From Amphiscolops sp. MND2022 (Eukaryota), in assembly GCA_964187785.1 (NCBI GenBank), contig OZ076409.1, positions 69,008,001 to 69,072,000 on the forward strand: a DNA stretch of 64,000 nucleotides, written 5' to 3'. Under the pieces are notes generated by a model. That model searched no databases. It was not told the DNA's origin and saw only the letters and a program-made list of their open reading frames with translations. Below, piece by piece: positions 51,111 to 64,000 of the stretch. How positions within the stretch are numbered: position 1 is the first letter of the stretch; each line of letters begins with the position of its first letter. Both the position numbers and the translations under genes were made by a program.

Positions 51111-52423
51111 ATGTTATACGTTTTGTGTTCTATCTTAGATTTCATCGACATTGAAACAGCTTGTAGAAAGAAACGTATAAGAAACGTTCGAACAAACGTA
51201 TAAGAAACGTTCGAACAAACTTTTGCTATAATTCATGGACTTAGGCAAACTTCATTTATAATTGGGGAAAATCTAGCTAAGGTATTCATCCGTGAAATTT
51301 ATAAATCCGGAAATCACCCTGCAATATTTCGCCGAAAATCATAAAGACTGGTAGCATATCGGTAGTGAAGCAATTATTACATCTTTGGAAATTTTATACT
51401 CTGCGTTTGTGAATTGCAATGGGTGTGAAACCGTTTTAGGTGACTAAAAATCACATTTCCTCCCAACCGAACTCTAAACTTTGATATTAAATAATGTATA
51501 GCGCCTTGTTAAGTTTTTTCTAGCGCCTTGTTAAGTAATCTTTGACGTAACAGAGCACTAATGGACTCAGAGCACTTAAAGACGGTTTTTGTATCTTGAA
51601 TACAAGATCTATTAGTGGGATGACCTTTTTGCTGGCGCGTTTTCACAGACTACTTCAATTTTTCTTCCGTTAGATTTCACTACTAAGTGGACAAACAATC
51701 CCCTTCATTGTTTTCAATTCTGTACGTTAACAAAAGATTTCAAAGCTGAAATGTTTTTGCCACAATAGGACTTTTACAATTGAATAAAGCAGTTGGTTGT
51801 CTATCGTTCAAGTTTTAAATGTGAACACTTCCGAATTGCCTGATCAAGCCGATATGAAAAGTTGCTCTCAAATTTTCACGTAAAAAATGCAGTTTTTAGG
51901 GAAATTAATTAAAAGTTTTCATGATTCTTGCAGCACTCAAACCATAGTTTGTAATTTTGTCAAGTGGGGTCGTTTATGGGAAAATTAGGAACGGCGCTTC
52001 GGCTAACGCTCACAAAAAGCAAAAGTACTTCAAACCATCAATGAAGCTTTTTGGAAAAATTCTCAATCACCTTGTGCCAGAAAAACTCAAAGGCGACCCA
52101 TTGGGCAAAAAAGATTTTTTCCTTTTTCTCACCAGAAATACAATGAAACACAGGTTTTTTCCTGTTTTATCGGCACGCGGATCTGATCTTATGAGGCTTC
52201 CACTCAATTCCATGAAGAAAATGATCAATGCAATTCCATGCGTTTCTATGCCTAGAACCATGACATCCTTGATTCCCATGCTTTTCCATGAATGGACTCA
52301 GGTGTTTCCATGCATGAAAATGTATGGAACCATATGGTGTTTTGTATGGAAGCATATGAGCTTGATGCAATCATTAAATAACAGTTATGAGAACGTAGTC
52401 AAAATCCCGCTTCTATAGAATTC

Positions 52424-52658
52424 TAAATTCGTCTATTCATAATTGACTCAAAGAAGACATCTCGATAGATAGAGAATGTCACTTCTTGAACTGTAAAAAA
52501 ACCCGAAAAATTCAATGCAAACTTTAGAATTAAATATATCTCTATAGAGATATATTTAATTCTAAAATTTGCATTTTTCGGGTTTTTTTTTACAGTTCAA
52601 GAAGTGACATTATCTATCGAGATGTCTTCTTTGAGTCAATTATGAATTGACGAATTTA
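52424..52658. repeat. Spacer-less near-perfect palindrome (~235 bp)
   Basis: Centre ATATATCTCTA|TAGAGATATAT at 52544/52545; arms are reverse complements with a few small indels. Confidence 0.92.
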
Positions 52659-53922
52659 AGAGGATCGAAACAAGGTATTTGCCTACTAGCATCTTGTTAA
52701 TTGTAACCTTTCTGTAAAATCAAAGTCTAATTTGTTTAACCATTGGGGATTTGTCGTTTCATTTTTGTGATCATAGGTTGAAACAGCAAGTTTATAATGC
52801 ATTTATACTTTGTACAAAATTGTATAGTTTATGACATGATTACATGCAGTTTGATGCAAGGAACTAGATGGTTTCATTATACACCTGGCATGGAATTGTC
52901 ATGAAATTATTGTATGGAACCATAAGGTCCCATGCATGGAATATCATGAAATCGGACGTGGCGTTGGATCCGTGCAGAAACATCAAAGAAGCAAAACAAG
53001 AACCCTTCTGTGAATTGAAAACTTTCCAAAAAAACTGCACAGAGCTGATAAAACCCAAAGGGGGACCCTTTTGACTTGAAACGCTTTTTATTATCCAAAA
53101 ATATCAGAAACTTAATCCAAACGGGGACCCTTTTCAGAAAAACATTTTTTTCGAAGACGCAAAGTTTGAAAAAAACACTAAAATTCCTTGTTAATTTAAA
53201 TACGTATTTCTAAGTTTGAATGGGTCGAGCCATTCAGTCAATTTGAATTTTGCATAATTTTTGTAGAATTTATACGGTCACTTTGTATGGATTGAAAAAA
53301 TAAGAGAAATACATGATGAAAAACCACTATGTAAGAATTTTAATTTTCCAGTAGCTTTAACTATTTGTTGAGAATAGCTCCACTACAACTCAATTAAACC
53401 CGTAGGTACCATGCACGAGACAAGGACTGGCTGAGTATCTACATAAATTTTTATTAACTCCGAAGAAGAGACGAATCAACTTAATCGAAGGCGGTGGGGG
53501 TAAGTGTGACAAGGAAATCACGATCTTTACAACTTTGCTTTTTTCCCTCTTTCAGGGGTTTGTCTCGCTACTCTTGGACTGTTTGAAGTTATCTTTTAGC
53601 TGATGAAAAGAAGCAGGTTGAACTTTAATTACTATACATCAAATTAATAAGTCGAGTAATAGACACAAATACAATTTCACATCCACGAATAATAGAATGA
53701 ATAATATGATAACATCGATAATAGCGGAGAATATTACTGAGTATATTAGGAGGCATATTAGGAGGCATATTAGGAGGCATAAAACACAAGAGAACAGTAT
53801 ACAAGAATTTCAGCAAGGTTAAGTTTTTTTGTATCCGTAAGGATGGGGGAGATATCGAAGATATCGGAAGAATCAACTCGCCGCAAAATCTCTATCGGTC
53901 TTGGAGTGAAAAAAACAACAAT

Positions 53923-54094
53923 CCGTGTATTATCAGCCCACTTAGGCTCAACCGTGTATTATCGCCCACTTAGGCTCAACCGTGTATTATCAGCCCACTT
54001 AGGCTAAACCGTGTATTATCAGCCCACTTAGGCTCAACCGTGTATTGTCAGCCCACTTAGGCTTAAACCGTGTATTGTCAGCCCACTCAGGCTC
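53923..54094. repeat. Minisatellite, 6 x ~29 bp (CCGTGTATTATCAGCCCACTTAGGCTCAA)
   Basis: Contiguous head-to-tail copies with no spacers; a 12-bp triplication (ATATTAGGAGGC) lies at ~53743-53780. Confidence 0.92.
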
Positions 54095-57000
54095 TTTTAC
54101 ATGTAATACGATAGACCAGCAGTCCACCCTACTCCCGGGTCGAAATCCGTACTAGCGAAAAGCGGGGTAGCAACAATTCAGGCAACTTCAGGTTGTTAGG
54201 CTGAAGGCACGGGCTAACCGGCCAGACGAAGTAAATCTGCAATTTCGATAGTCCGGTGTCTGATGCGGGATGCTATCGGACGCAAAGCAGCAAACCGTTC
54301 TCTAGATTTCAACTCACTTTGTGTCTCGCTAAAATGGCGCACACTTCGGCGAAAGTTACTTTTTCGGCAGTTTAGTCATATCATTATTCATAGTTTATCA
54401 TCTTTCCTTTTTCGGGTTCTGACTAAGTGTTGAGCAATACAGTTTTTTCCTTCTTCGGTACTGAAAGTTCATTAGAAGTACATTTTCTCAGCACGACTTA
54501 GTCCTAGTTCCGCCTTCTTGTCAATCATGACTAGTAGTTTTACTTCGTTTTCAATACGATTTAGGGGGAGGTGTTACTGACTCAATTTTTCCCACTTTTG
54601 TAAGCACGACTTGAACTTCGGCTCACTGATTAACATTTGCACTTTTTGCTAGGTCTCTTTTTCTCACGCGGTTCCTGACAACACTCTCCAGCTAAAAATG
54701 GCTGAAGGAAACAATTTCTGACAATTTACAATGACCTAAAAGGCGATTTTGATTCATATCTAAAAAAGTGGATTTTCGTGTTACAACTTCTTAGGGCAAA
54801 AACTAGGTATTCCGATCTAGGGGAGCTAAAACCAAGTACACCATTTGAAAGTACATTTAAAGGGCTACAAAAACGTTACATATCATTATCTTTCTATTTC
54901 AACTCCTTTACGGTGAAAACGCCTTTGAAATAAAGTAGTCAAAAATCACATATTGACATTTGCAAATTTCTCAACTTTGGAGGGCTCGTACTCATTCAAT
55001 TTGAAAGGTACAGCCTGGGGGCTTATATACATCGCTAGCCCAAGCTATTAGGAGTATTTTCCATTTTAGATGAGGTCTCTATCTTTTCTCAACAAAGTTT
55101 GATAGTACTTTTTCTGAAAGTAGTCATTTTCCCGATTTTTATGTCTGGACTTTCAAATTTGGAGGCCAATATCTCAAAACCAGGTCATTTTTCGGAAAAA
55201 CGCTCCTTCTAAACGCTGTGCGCCTGGGTCTTGTGCGTCTACCCTGAAAGTTGCAGCTCGATATCGCCCAAAACGTGCGAGGGGAGGAGTTAGCATTTTG
55301 GTAGGTCGACTTCCCTATCGGCAGAAAGAAATCACAATTTTATATTCTTAGGGGTTCTTCGCTAGCGCGCCGCAGCACTCTATTTATTCTTCTATTCTTT
55401 CCTCCACTTCAATTCTCAAGTACGCTGTGAAGGGGGCGGCTATTGTGCGCTTACTCGTTGAGTACTAAGCGATAACATGCGAAAAACGGCTCTTTAGGCC
55501 ATTTTAGGGCTGTTTTTAACGTTTGCTGGCTCAGTTCTCCAAAACTACTGAGTATTATTTATTTTCCAACTAACACAAGTTAGGGCATTCATTTATCTTT
55601 AATTTAAGCCATATCCGAACATTTTCTGACAACTGTAGCGATCACACAAAATTTTTAAAGGAAACTCAATTTTGGAAAATCGTCAAAATTTTATATGCAC
55701 TTATTTTCAAAACTTCCCCCCGATATGTTCCCGTGGTCGCACAACGCTCATATTTTCAACTTAAGTTTTCCTTTAGATGGGTTTCGAATGCTGAAAACCG
55801 TTTGTTGATATCTTTTTCCATCTTCGAGAAATCGCGTTTTGATTTTTAGTTTGCAAAAAGAGAGGGGATAATTCCAAAGTGTGCGGCGGCCGTTTTCTTA
55901 TTAGCTATGTGTACAGCCACTCACAGCGCGTTCCTAATTTCATTCCTTTCGCTTTTTGACACGCTTAGCTGAGTTGCATTCTATGCTGTTCACGCACACG
56001 GCGGAGTTTTCACTCTCGCTTACCCTCAAACACATGTATTAACATAGTAATTTGACTAAATTTCTATTCACAGTATTTTATGACTTCTAATGCTTTTTCT
56101 GTGGAAATTCGTTACTGAAAAGTTCTTAAATGTTTACTCAACACGTAGTCAGGTCAGAAAGGAACATTTTGGTGGTTTAATTTTTCTTATATTCGCAATA
56201 GGTATTGAGAAATTCAATGTTAAAGTTTCGTTCCGAATAGAATTTTGTTACATAGGTCTGAGTGGTGGCGGCCGTCTCACTGCATTAGTACGTTGCGCGG
56301 TCGCTTCATAGCAGCTAAGAATGGTTCTTTTAGTAGTCCGCGAGACTAAAGACAATATTATTGACATTAAACAATAGTGTGAGGTACTTGAGGTACTTAT
56401 TGTAATCTTTACTTTTATACGTTATCACCCCGTAAAATCTACCTTGCTGATGAACTAAAATTTAATAAACACCAAATCAGGAGCGAAAAGTCAAAAATCC
56501 TACATTCCCCCCCCCACTTGGACTACTACTCTCCTGAGTAGTTGGTTTATTTAAATTTTATTCTTTTAGTAGGGGCATTCTGATTCGTTAATTCGTAGTC
56601 CAGTCAGGTTGTAATGTAGCCTTGTCTCATCAGCTTAATCTTTTTTGTTTGTAAACAAGTGCTTGAAATACAATAGTAAATCTCTTCACATTCTTTTAAC
56701 AATCCTCTTAATTAAATACAAATCTATTACTCCACTTAAATCACATTAATTTCATCAAAATTTTCCATTCTCTCACACAAATTGTATCCCTTTTCTATCC
56801 AATATAAGACTTTGGGAGTGAAGTGTGGTCATTTTTAAAACAATCTCTTTTCTGTTATAACTAAGTTCTTTACTGACTGGATTTCTTAGTTCATTCTCCT
56901 AAGTTTTAATATTTCAATAATTAATTCAATTTTCTGTCCAAGCAAGGAAAATATAGTTTTCGAGCTTTTCTTTGGGGCAAATAAATACAGGGGGGGTTTA

Positions 57001-58056
57001 ATGGTTACGGATTTAATCTGGATACAATTATTCATTGTGAAAAGGTTCGTCTCACGTGTAGGGTTCCGTACTAGCGCTGGCAAGCTTTCTTCACACAAAA
57101 TAGCCTTCGGATCATCTCGGGACATCTTGTCATCTCGTTGGTAGGGAGAGTGTTGAACTTCGTCGACGGCAATGCTGCTGAGGTCGAGGCACACATCTTT
57201 GTCCAAATTTTGCACAATTGTTGGTTGTTCTTTCAATCGACATATATAACATCCCACGCATAATTAACACACCCCAAAATTGTGATACTTCATTGAAGAG
57301 GAATACTTTTCACTTTTCTGAATAGCAGTCGAAGAGAAGTAGACTACTTCGCTGAGTTTACCTGAGACAGGTTGCAGAGTCAATACAACGGAATAAACGT
57401 GCAATCTCCCTTCGCAAGTCATTCGCGGCAAGAACTCTATGTGACCGGTACTCAAATATCGCCATGAAGGGGAGATAGTCTCTCTTCGGGATCTTCTTCA
57501 GTTAACGTACCGAGACTTTGTTAGCGATACTGATTTGACATGTCATTTCTGCCTTTTGGTAGTTACGAAAGGTCGCCCGCGCAGGCCTAGACGGACAAGC
57601 TTCAACGCTGGGTTCGAACGAGATCTTACTTTTCACGCCGGTACCCGATTACGTCAACACAAATACTACATTTACATTATCCTTTGACTATACTAGCGAG
57701 TCGAATTATTCAAGCATGGAAAAAAAAATTTCCGACAACACGAAGCACAGATACATAGAGGTTAAATACGGTAATAATTGTTTTTTTTTAAAAAAAAGTC
57801 CTTCAAATTGATTGTAGGAGCGATGACTACAATTTTTCAATTCTAGTAACTGAGGTAATTAGGTTAAGGCAAAACTAAATGAAGGAGAGCCGGTAGCGAT
57901 ACGGATGACACTATTTTTCGAACTCATCACCTCATGATTGATGGCCCGAGCTTACAGTTAATTCAATTAGTCGTGCTCGCAAACGGCTAAACGAATGATG
58001 AGTTTCACTACTTCGGATGATTCAACTCATCTGACCATCACCCGAAGACATTAATG

Positions 58057-61000
58057 TTATTTTGGCTTTACCACGTACTCGTCTATGCCGAAGCGCACTG
58101 GCGGCCGACGATTCCGTGTCGGTTCGATTATCAGTGAATCTGATCGGTCACTTTCGGTGTCTTCCTCGACTGACGGGGGCGGGGTGTTTCTGCTCTCGTT
58201 TATTTCTTCATAATCGGGAAATGATGATTCCTCTGACGGTTCGGGGACATCTATATTCAAGGGACGATTAATCAGAGAAACCTCTTCGTCGTTTTTGGCG
58301 ATTATCACGCGGGGAACGTCGTGAAATGACACGTGCGGCCGATTTCTATTGGCTTGGATTTCCGCCGAAGTAGGGCGAAACACGTGATACGGTCTATTTT
58401 CGATCTCTTGGTCGGATGAATCGGATTCATCTGCGACTTCTTCATAACTCGGTAGCGTTTTTGTCGCCACTCGTTCGGATCGTTTCGGGAGGGATTCGCC
58501 AAGATACGGTTTAAGACGATTAAAATGGATATTTTGCTACTTTTCCGGGCAACCTGGCTTGCAAATCTGATAGTTCACTTCACTTGTCTGACTCAATACT
58601 TCGTATGGACCGTGCCAAGGGAGATGGAACTTTCTGGATTTCGCTTTGTGTGGCTCGAATAGCCACACTCGGTCCCCTATTTTAAAACTTTCTCCATGGA
58701 CCTTTTTCTGATAATAATCTTTTTGACGACGTTGTTCTTTCCCCATAGTTAGTTGCGCATGACTATGCACTTCGAATAGTTTATCCCTCAACTCGCCTAA
58801 TTCTAAACGGGGGTCGCCAGGAGGTTTCGGATAGAATAAGTCGATCGGATATTGTGCTTCTCTCCCGTACAACATCGAAAACGGGTCGTACCGAGAGTCT
58901 TATGTACGGTGGTATTGTACACAAAATTGACGTGGGGTAAGTAGAGATCCCATTCCTGCGGTTTTTCGGCACAATACTTAGAGAAAGTATCGGCAATGAC
59001 TCTATTGAATCTTTCTACTTGACCATTTCCTTGAGGATGATACGGAGAAGTCCTGGTCTTATCAATCATGAATACTTGGCAAACATCCTTCATCACTTCG
59101 CTGTTGAAGTTGGTTCCTTGATCAGTATGTAAAGTATCGGGAGCCCCAAATTTCAAAATCCACTCTTCGACTAAAGTCGTGGCCACCGTCTTAGCCGTCA
59201 TGTCTTTCAAAGGAACGGCAACCGCATACTTTGTATACAAATCCGATATGACTAAAATGTATCGCGCCTGTGACTTTTTCGCTAGCGTTACGGGTCCCAA
59301 GATATCTGCTGCGACAATATGAAACGGCGCCTTTGCTTCAATTGTTTGCAAATTAGCTTTTCGACCTTTTCCCGCCGTTGATCTAGCCGCGCAACGCGTG
59401 CATTTGGCAATGTACTTTTCTACACTTGACCTGAGACCAGGCCACCAAAATCTCTGTTTTATCCTTGATAACGTTTTCTCGGCTGCAAAATGACCTCCAC
59501 TAAGAGGGGAGTCATGTAACTGGTGTAACACTTCGGCTCTCATAGTCGAAGGAACTACAGCCTGCCATATTTCACGTTCACGATTGCTAGGTTTCCATTT
59601 TCGATAAAGGACTCGATTGGCCAGCGCTAGCTGATCCCAATTACTCCAAAGTTCTAACGCTTCTGGACAACTCCATTCTAATGCTACTTCTCGGGGGATG
59701 GGGTTTGGCCCTAAATCTTCTAATGTACCATCTATCCGAATTCCACGTCTAACCATTTCACGGAATAGTAGTCCCATACTACGATCCATTCTCTGACCAT
59801 ACGCTAGGTCACTGTCTGATCTAGTCCATGAGATATGCCCCCCCACTTGCTCTGATACTAACATTTCTTCAAGGGTAACGACGGAACAGGCGGAATCTAC
59901 ACTTGATGAACGCGCGGTACCTCGTCTTGCCGAAGTCGAGGGGTACAATTGCTCTTGGTCTCTCGGTGTATACACAGAGATCGCGAAATACGAATCTTGA
60001 AACACTACCTCTAGACAAATAGCAACATTTACCCATTCTAATTTGTCGTCGACGCAACCTATTCTAGGCATTGCAAGTTTGGAAATTCCGTGGGAACTAG
60101 CGTGTTCTTTCATTCTCAATAGACATTCTTTTAATACATCGTATTTGGCAACTTCTCCTTTACAATGCTTGGTGATCAATATGTACACATAACGTCCTTT
60201 TTCAACATCTCCGTACACTAGAAAGCCTCCAACACGATTTACCGACTCAGCAAGAGGGGGTAGATACGAATAAGTTTTCACAAACGACTTCATGGGAGTA
60301 GTGGCTACTCTCATATCGGTAGATACACACAAAACTAAGGAATCGGGGGATTCGAAAAAATCCCCTTCTCGATAACGGACTACCTCTCTAGGTGGGTGAG
60401 AAATTTGCATTTTCAAATGCCGAGCTACATACTCTGAATTTTCCAATTTCTCACGATCTTTGGTTCGGGCGGCTCGAAGATCGCGTTCGGCTTCAAACAA
60501 AGCACTATCAAATTCGGTGAATTCGGGAATCGGTCCCCTTAACGCATCTTCTTCGCCAGGGAGCCATTGGGGTACGTCATTCGGTCGTCGACTAAGGCCG
60601 TACGCATTACAATGTTTATCACCTGGACGATGTACTATTTGATAGTCATACTCCTGAAGTTTCTGAACCATTCGAAAAGTCATTCCATCCGCCTTTTGCC
60701 TAAACAACCATTGAAGACTTGCATGATCTGTGCGAATAATACATTTGGATCCGTAAATGTACGGTCTGAACCACTGGACGGCTTGAACTACACCTAGCGC
60801 TTCTCTTTTGGTTGTTGCATAATTTACCTCCGTTTTAGTTAGAACTCGCGACTCAAAGGCAATTGGATACTCTATCCCATCGATCACTTGCGACAAGACT
60901 GCACCGAGCGCCGTATCACTAGCATCGGTATCAATAATGAACGGAAGGTCAAAAGTTGGAAATGCCAATATTGGAGCTTCTAACAATCTTTTCTTCAGCG

Positions 61001-62872
61001 TTCGGAACGCTTTGTCATGTTCTTCGGTCCATGTGAATTTTAATCCTTTGCTCGTCAACAAATAAAGTGGCCTAGCCACTTCTGCGAAGTTTTGGACAAA
61101 CTTCCGATAATAGTTGCAGAAGGCAACAAATGAGCGAACTCCGGTGACGTCGGTCGGAGGCTCCCATTCGCGTACTGCCGCTAACTTTTTCGGATCTCGT
61201 TGGATCCCTTCCTTGTTAATCACATGACCTAGATAGTGGACCTCGGTGCGGAATAAGTTGCATTTCTTCGGTTAAGACGTAAACCGGCTTTGCGCAAAAC
61301 TATAAACACCTTTTCTAAATGCTCCAAATGTTCTTCTGGAGTTTTGCTAAACGTTAGCACATCATCTAGGAATATGAGCACATGTTTATATAGATCTTCT
61401 TTAACAATATCGTTCATGTTCCGTTGGAAAGTTGGCGGGGCATTCGTTAAGCCAAAAGGCATTTTCAAACACTCATATAACCCTCAATCCGGAGTACAAA
61501 ATGCCGTTTTGTGCCGGTCTTCGGCCGCGACTGGAATCTGCCAATAGCCACTTGCTAAATCGAGAGACGAGAAGACTCCCGCCCCTTGCAGTGCATCAAT
61601 CGTTTGACCGATCCGGGACAACGGATACGCGTCCTTTACTGTAAGGTCATTCAACTTTCGATAATCTATACACACTCGGTTGGAGCCCTCTTTCTTAGGC
61701 ACCATTACTATGGGGCTGCTGAAAGGACTTTTACTCGGTACGATCACTCCTTTCTCAAGCATCTCACGAATGTCTTCGCGAACAGCTTCTAATTTATGCG
61801 GAGCAATTTTGTAGGGCGAAATTTTGAACGGTTTCGCATCGCCTATGTCTATGCGGTGTTCTACTCCTACAGCGGTTCCTAACGGGTCTGAAGGCAGTGA
61901 AAACACATCTCTGTAATCACGAATCAAATCTCGCAATTTTTCCTTTATTTCGGCATTCTCGAGTCCAGGGGTGGCTAAATTTAAAATTTCGTCAACTTCC
62001 TGTTCGAGTTTTTCGTTTATTTCGGAGGCCGCTGATACTGTGTCAGGACCGGGTACCATTTCGCAAACAAATGCGTCATCTTCCGGCGGGGGAACATGAC
62101 CGCTTAGGACTTGCATGGGTACTTTGATAATGAAACCATCATCTTTGGGGATCGTTAGTTTTTGTTCGACTAAGTCAGTCGAGCATTGATTTTCCATCAT
62201 GAATTTTAAGCCAATCATGATCTCAGGGTAGAGATCTTCCACAACCACGAATTCATCGGAAGCGACGCACGTTCCGATTTTAACTTCTGCTTTTACGATA
62301 CCTTTGGTAGGCATCTCGTTGGCTATTGGGCCTGTTAAACGACTGGGATTGGGGGCTATTGGGTTACCAATAGTCTTAGCCAATTCCAAACTCATCAAAC
62401 TTCTACTCGCACCAGTGTCTATCATGGTCCAACAGCGTAGGCTTTCGACTTCATAGAGGATTAAAAGCGTGGCCCCTGGAATGTATTGACTATGGGTAAA
62501 TTTTCTCGATTTTACCTCATCAGACCGGGCCTGAGTTGGAAATTCTGGTTCCTTCTTGGAAAAAATTTTCACAGAGCCAGGCTCTGCTTGTTTATCCTCA
62601 AAAAGATTTTGGATGGAGGGACTATTTACAACAAGGGTATGGGATTCTTTTGGGAAAAAGCCTCCCGGGCAAAACTCCTCACACATTTGTTTCCAAGCTT
62701 CGGGGTCGATCCGCCTACTGCGATTGCCCGGTCGCAATCGGCTATCGTTACTCCTAGATCTAGAACGAACACGCTGACTTGTTTGTGGAAAATGTGTAGC
62801 AGCTGGGAAAGGAATGGAATCCCAAGCGCGAGTAGAGCCTGCTACTGCATACTCGGCTGTCGGTAGTTTAAA
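58057..62872 (-). pseudogene. pol: Pol of element D (PR, RT, RNase H, macrodomain, integrase) with stops and frameshifts
   Basis: IDTGA, MPFGL, FLDD, TDAS, TDH, HHCC, HTDQG, GQVER and GPY motifs. Stops at 61484 and 58537; frameshifts near 61272 and 58885. Confidence 0.92.
59968..60383 (-). other. TARG1/OARD1(C6orf130)-like macrodomain within Pol
   Basis: YREGDFF..DSLVLCVSTD, GRYVYILITK and LAMPRIGCVDDKLEW match TARG1 motifs (YVKGDLF, GRYIYYLITK, LSMPRIGCGLDRLQW) recalled from memory. Confidence 0.9.
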
Positions 62873-63984
62873 GAATTAGACTGCGGAAGACTTGGACATT
62901 GTTTAGCGTAGTGACCTATCGCCTTACAATTAAAACATTCCGCTTCTTCGGGGGGAGGGTGCGAAACATTCAGCTGACCCGACGATCCTGCCCTATTTAG
63001 AGGCGCGCGATAGTTAGTATTGAAAGGGGTTTGAAAACGGGGAGCTTGCCAACTCTGAGGCTGCCCACCAACCGGCCTTTGCGAACTTCCTAACGCTCCT
63101 ACGATCGCAGATGACATGTCTTTCATACCCTGCATTAGGATTTCGTTTTGTCTGGTCATCATTTCGATTTGTTTCGAGGAACTTTGTTCTAAGTTTTTCG
63201 TTATTTGATCGGTTTGCTTGGATATCTGCTGGCAGATGAAATTTTCGAATCGATCAAAGCGACTTGCCACATTGGTTAAAGATGTTTGAAGGGCGGCAAA
63301 TTTTTCTTCGATTTGGTTGTTACTCGAATAGCCAGCTCTCACTAGATCGGGATCCTCATATTCGTCATACGAATAGCGCAATTTATCAAGTTTACGCTCT
63401 CTTTTTGATTCATGAGTCTTGTGGATTATTTCGAGTTCCTGTGGTTTCAAATTTTCAAGTAGTTCATCAAACCGTGGGGGATAAGAACCTGGTTCTTTTT
63501 CAATATATCTTTGGGGGACAGTTTCAAATTCTTCAATAGCCCACGATGTTAAACAAGTAGGCATTGCTGCAATTTTCTGACTATCATTCCACCCATTGGC
63601 TTTAGCAACTGCTTTGAAGTGTTTTACCCAATTTTCCCAGCGGTTGTAATCTTTGTTGGGGAACTTTTCAGGTTTTATTGGCGACTTTTCATATAAGGGT
63701 TTTTGTCTTTTCTTAGATTCATTTTCAAGAGCCAAGGAGTCGTCAGAATCTAGGTCTGCTTCAATTTTGAATCTTTTAATTTCTCTTTCCATTTCTTTCA
63801 ATCGCCGATAAGAATCTCTTTTACACTCCTTTTCCGTTTCGGCCAATCCTACGAAGGAAAATTTAGTGGACTTACTGAGGAGTGGTTTACTACCACCTGT
63901 GACGGGAGCGTGGGTGCCGTTGGGATCTTCTTGGGTGACGGGGGAAATCTGCTGATCGTTGTGGTCGTCTTCAGACATCGTCAA
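62842..63984 (-). CDS. gag: Gag of element D (single CCHC knuckle; possibly internally deleted; start uncertain)
   Basis: KPEKF..WENWVKHFKAVAKANGW capsid motif; CFNCKAIGHYAKQC. Confidence 0.85.
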   Translation of the reverse strand: MTMSEDDHNDQQISPVTQEDPNGTHAPVTGGSKPLLSKSTKFSFVGLAETEKECKRDSYRRLKEMEREIKRFKIEADLDSDDSLALENESKKRQKPLYEKSPIKPEKFPNKDYNRWENWVKHFKAVAKANGWNDSQKIAAMPTCLTSWAIEEFETVPQRYIEKEPGSYPPRFDELLENLKPQELEIIHKTHESKRERKLDKLRYSYDEYEDPDLVRAGYSSNNQIEEKFAALQTSLTNVASRFDRFENFICQQISKQTDQITKNLEQSSSKQIEMMTRQNEILMQGMKDMSSAIVGALGSSQRPVGGQPQSWQAPRFQTPFNTNYRAPLNRAGSSGQLNVSHPPPEEAECFNCKAIGHYAKQCPSLPQSNSLNYRQPSMQ

Positions 63985-64000
63985 GAAGGGTTCAGCAACT

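Larger units (their letters stand above)
56378..64000 (-). mobile_element. Degenerate Ty3/Gypsy element D, macrodomain-bearing; 5' end beyond the window, left boundary uncertain
   Basis: gag-PR-RT-RH-macro-IN order. PPT GGGGGGGGGAA (56505-56515) abuts TGTAGG at 56504, the probable start of the 3' LTR. Confidence 0.88.

Noticed and set aside
51957..52418. 153-aa ORF
   Set aside because: Lies in CATG-rich repetitive DNA with a non-ATG start and no recognisable domain.
53923..54094. CRISPR-like array of ~29-bp repeats
   Set aside because: Repeats are contiguous with no unique spacers, there are no cas genes, and the context is eukaryotic.
53505..54680. Solo LTR (TGTGAC...TGACA) around the minisatellite
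   Set aside because: No matching TSD and no second copy in the window; boundaries cannot be supported.

Overview
Eukaryotic, repeat-dense window with no recognisable host gene. It is dominated by four Ty3/Gypsy LTR retrotransposons, all on the minus strand. A (1-4031) is the 5' part only. B (5262-21452) is complete, with 2202-bp LTRs and an ATGTT target-site duplication. C (22596-37131) has its 5' LTR cut by a 200-N gap. D (~56.4 kb-64000) is a different, degenerate lineage with a TARG1/OARD1-like macrodomain inside Pol. A, B and C share an unusual design: the first 126-197 codons of gag lie inside the LTR, the PBS lies inside gag, and an extra sense ORF3 ends inside the 3' LTR (only its tail is visible in A). 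Main finding: B and C each carry, between pol and ORF3, a large ANTISENSE intron-containing gene (8 coding exons/~1066 aa in B; 4 coding exons/~1210 aa in C). The two genes are homologous, share two intron positions, have a BED-like C2H2 finger and look like degenerate hAT-transposase derivatives. The rest holds a 5 x ~1.17-kb tandem array, a probable solo LTR, a decayed LINE, a tRNA-derived SINE, a spacer-less palindrome, a minisatellite and a candidate structured RNA. Exon models and family assignments were made by eye; no searches were run.
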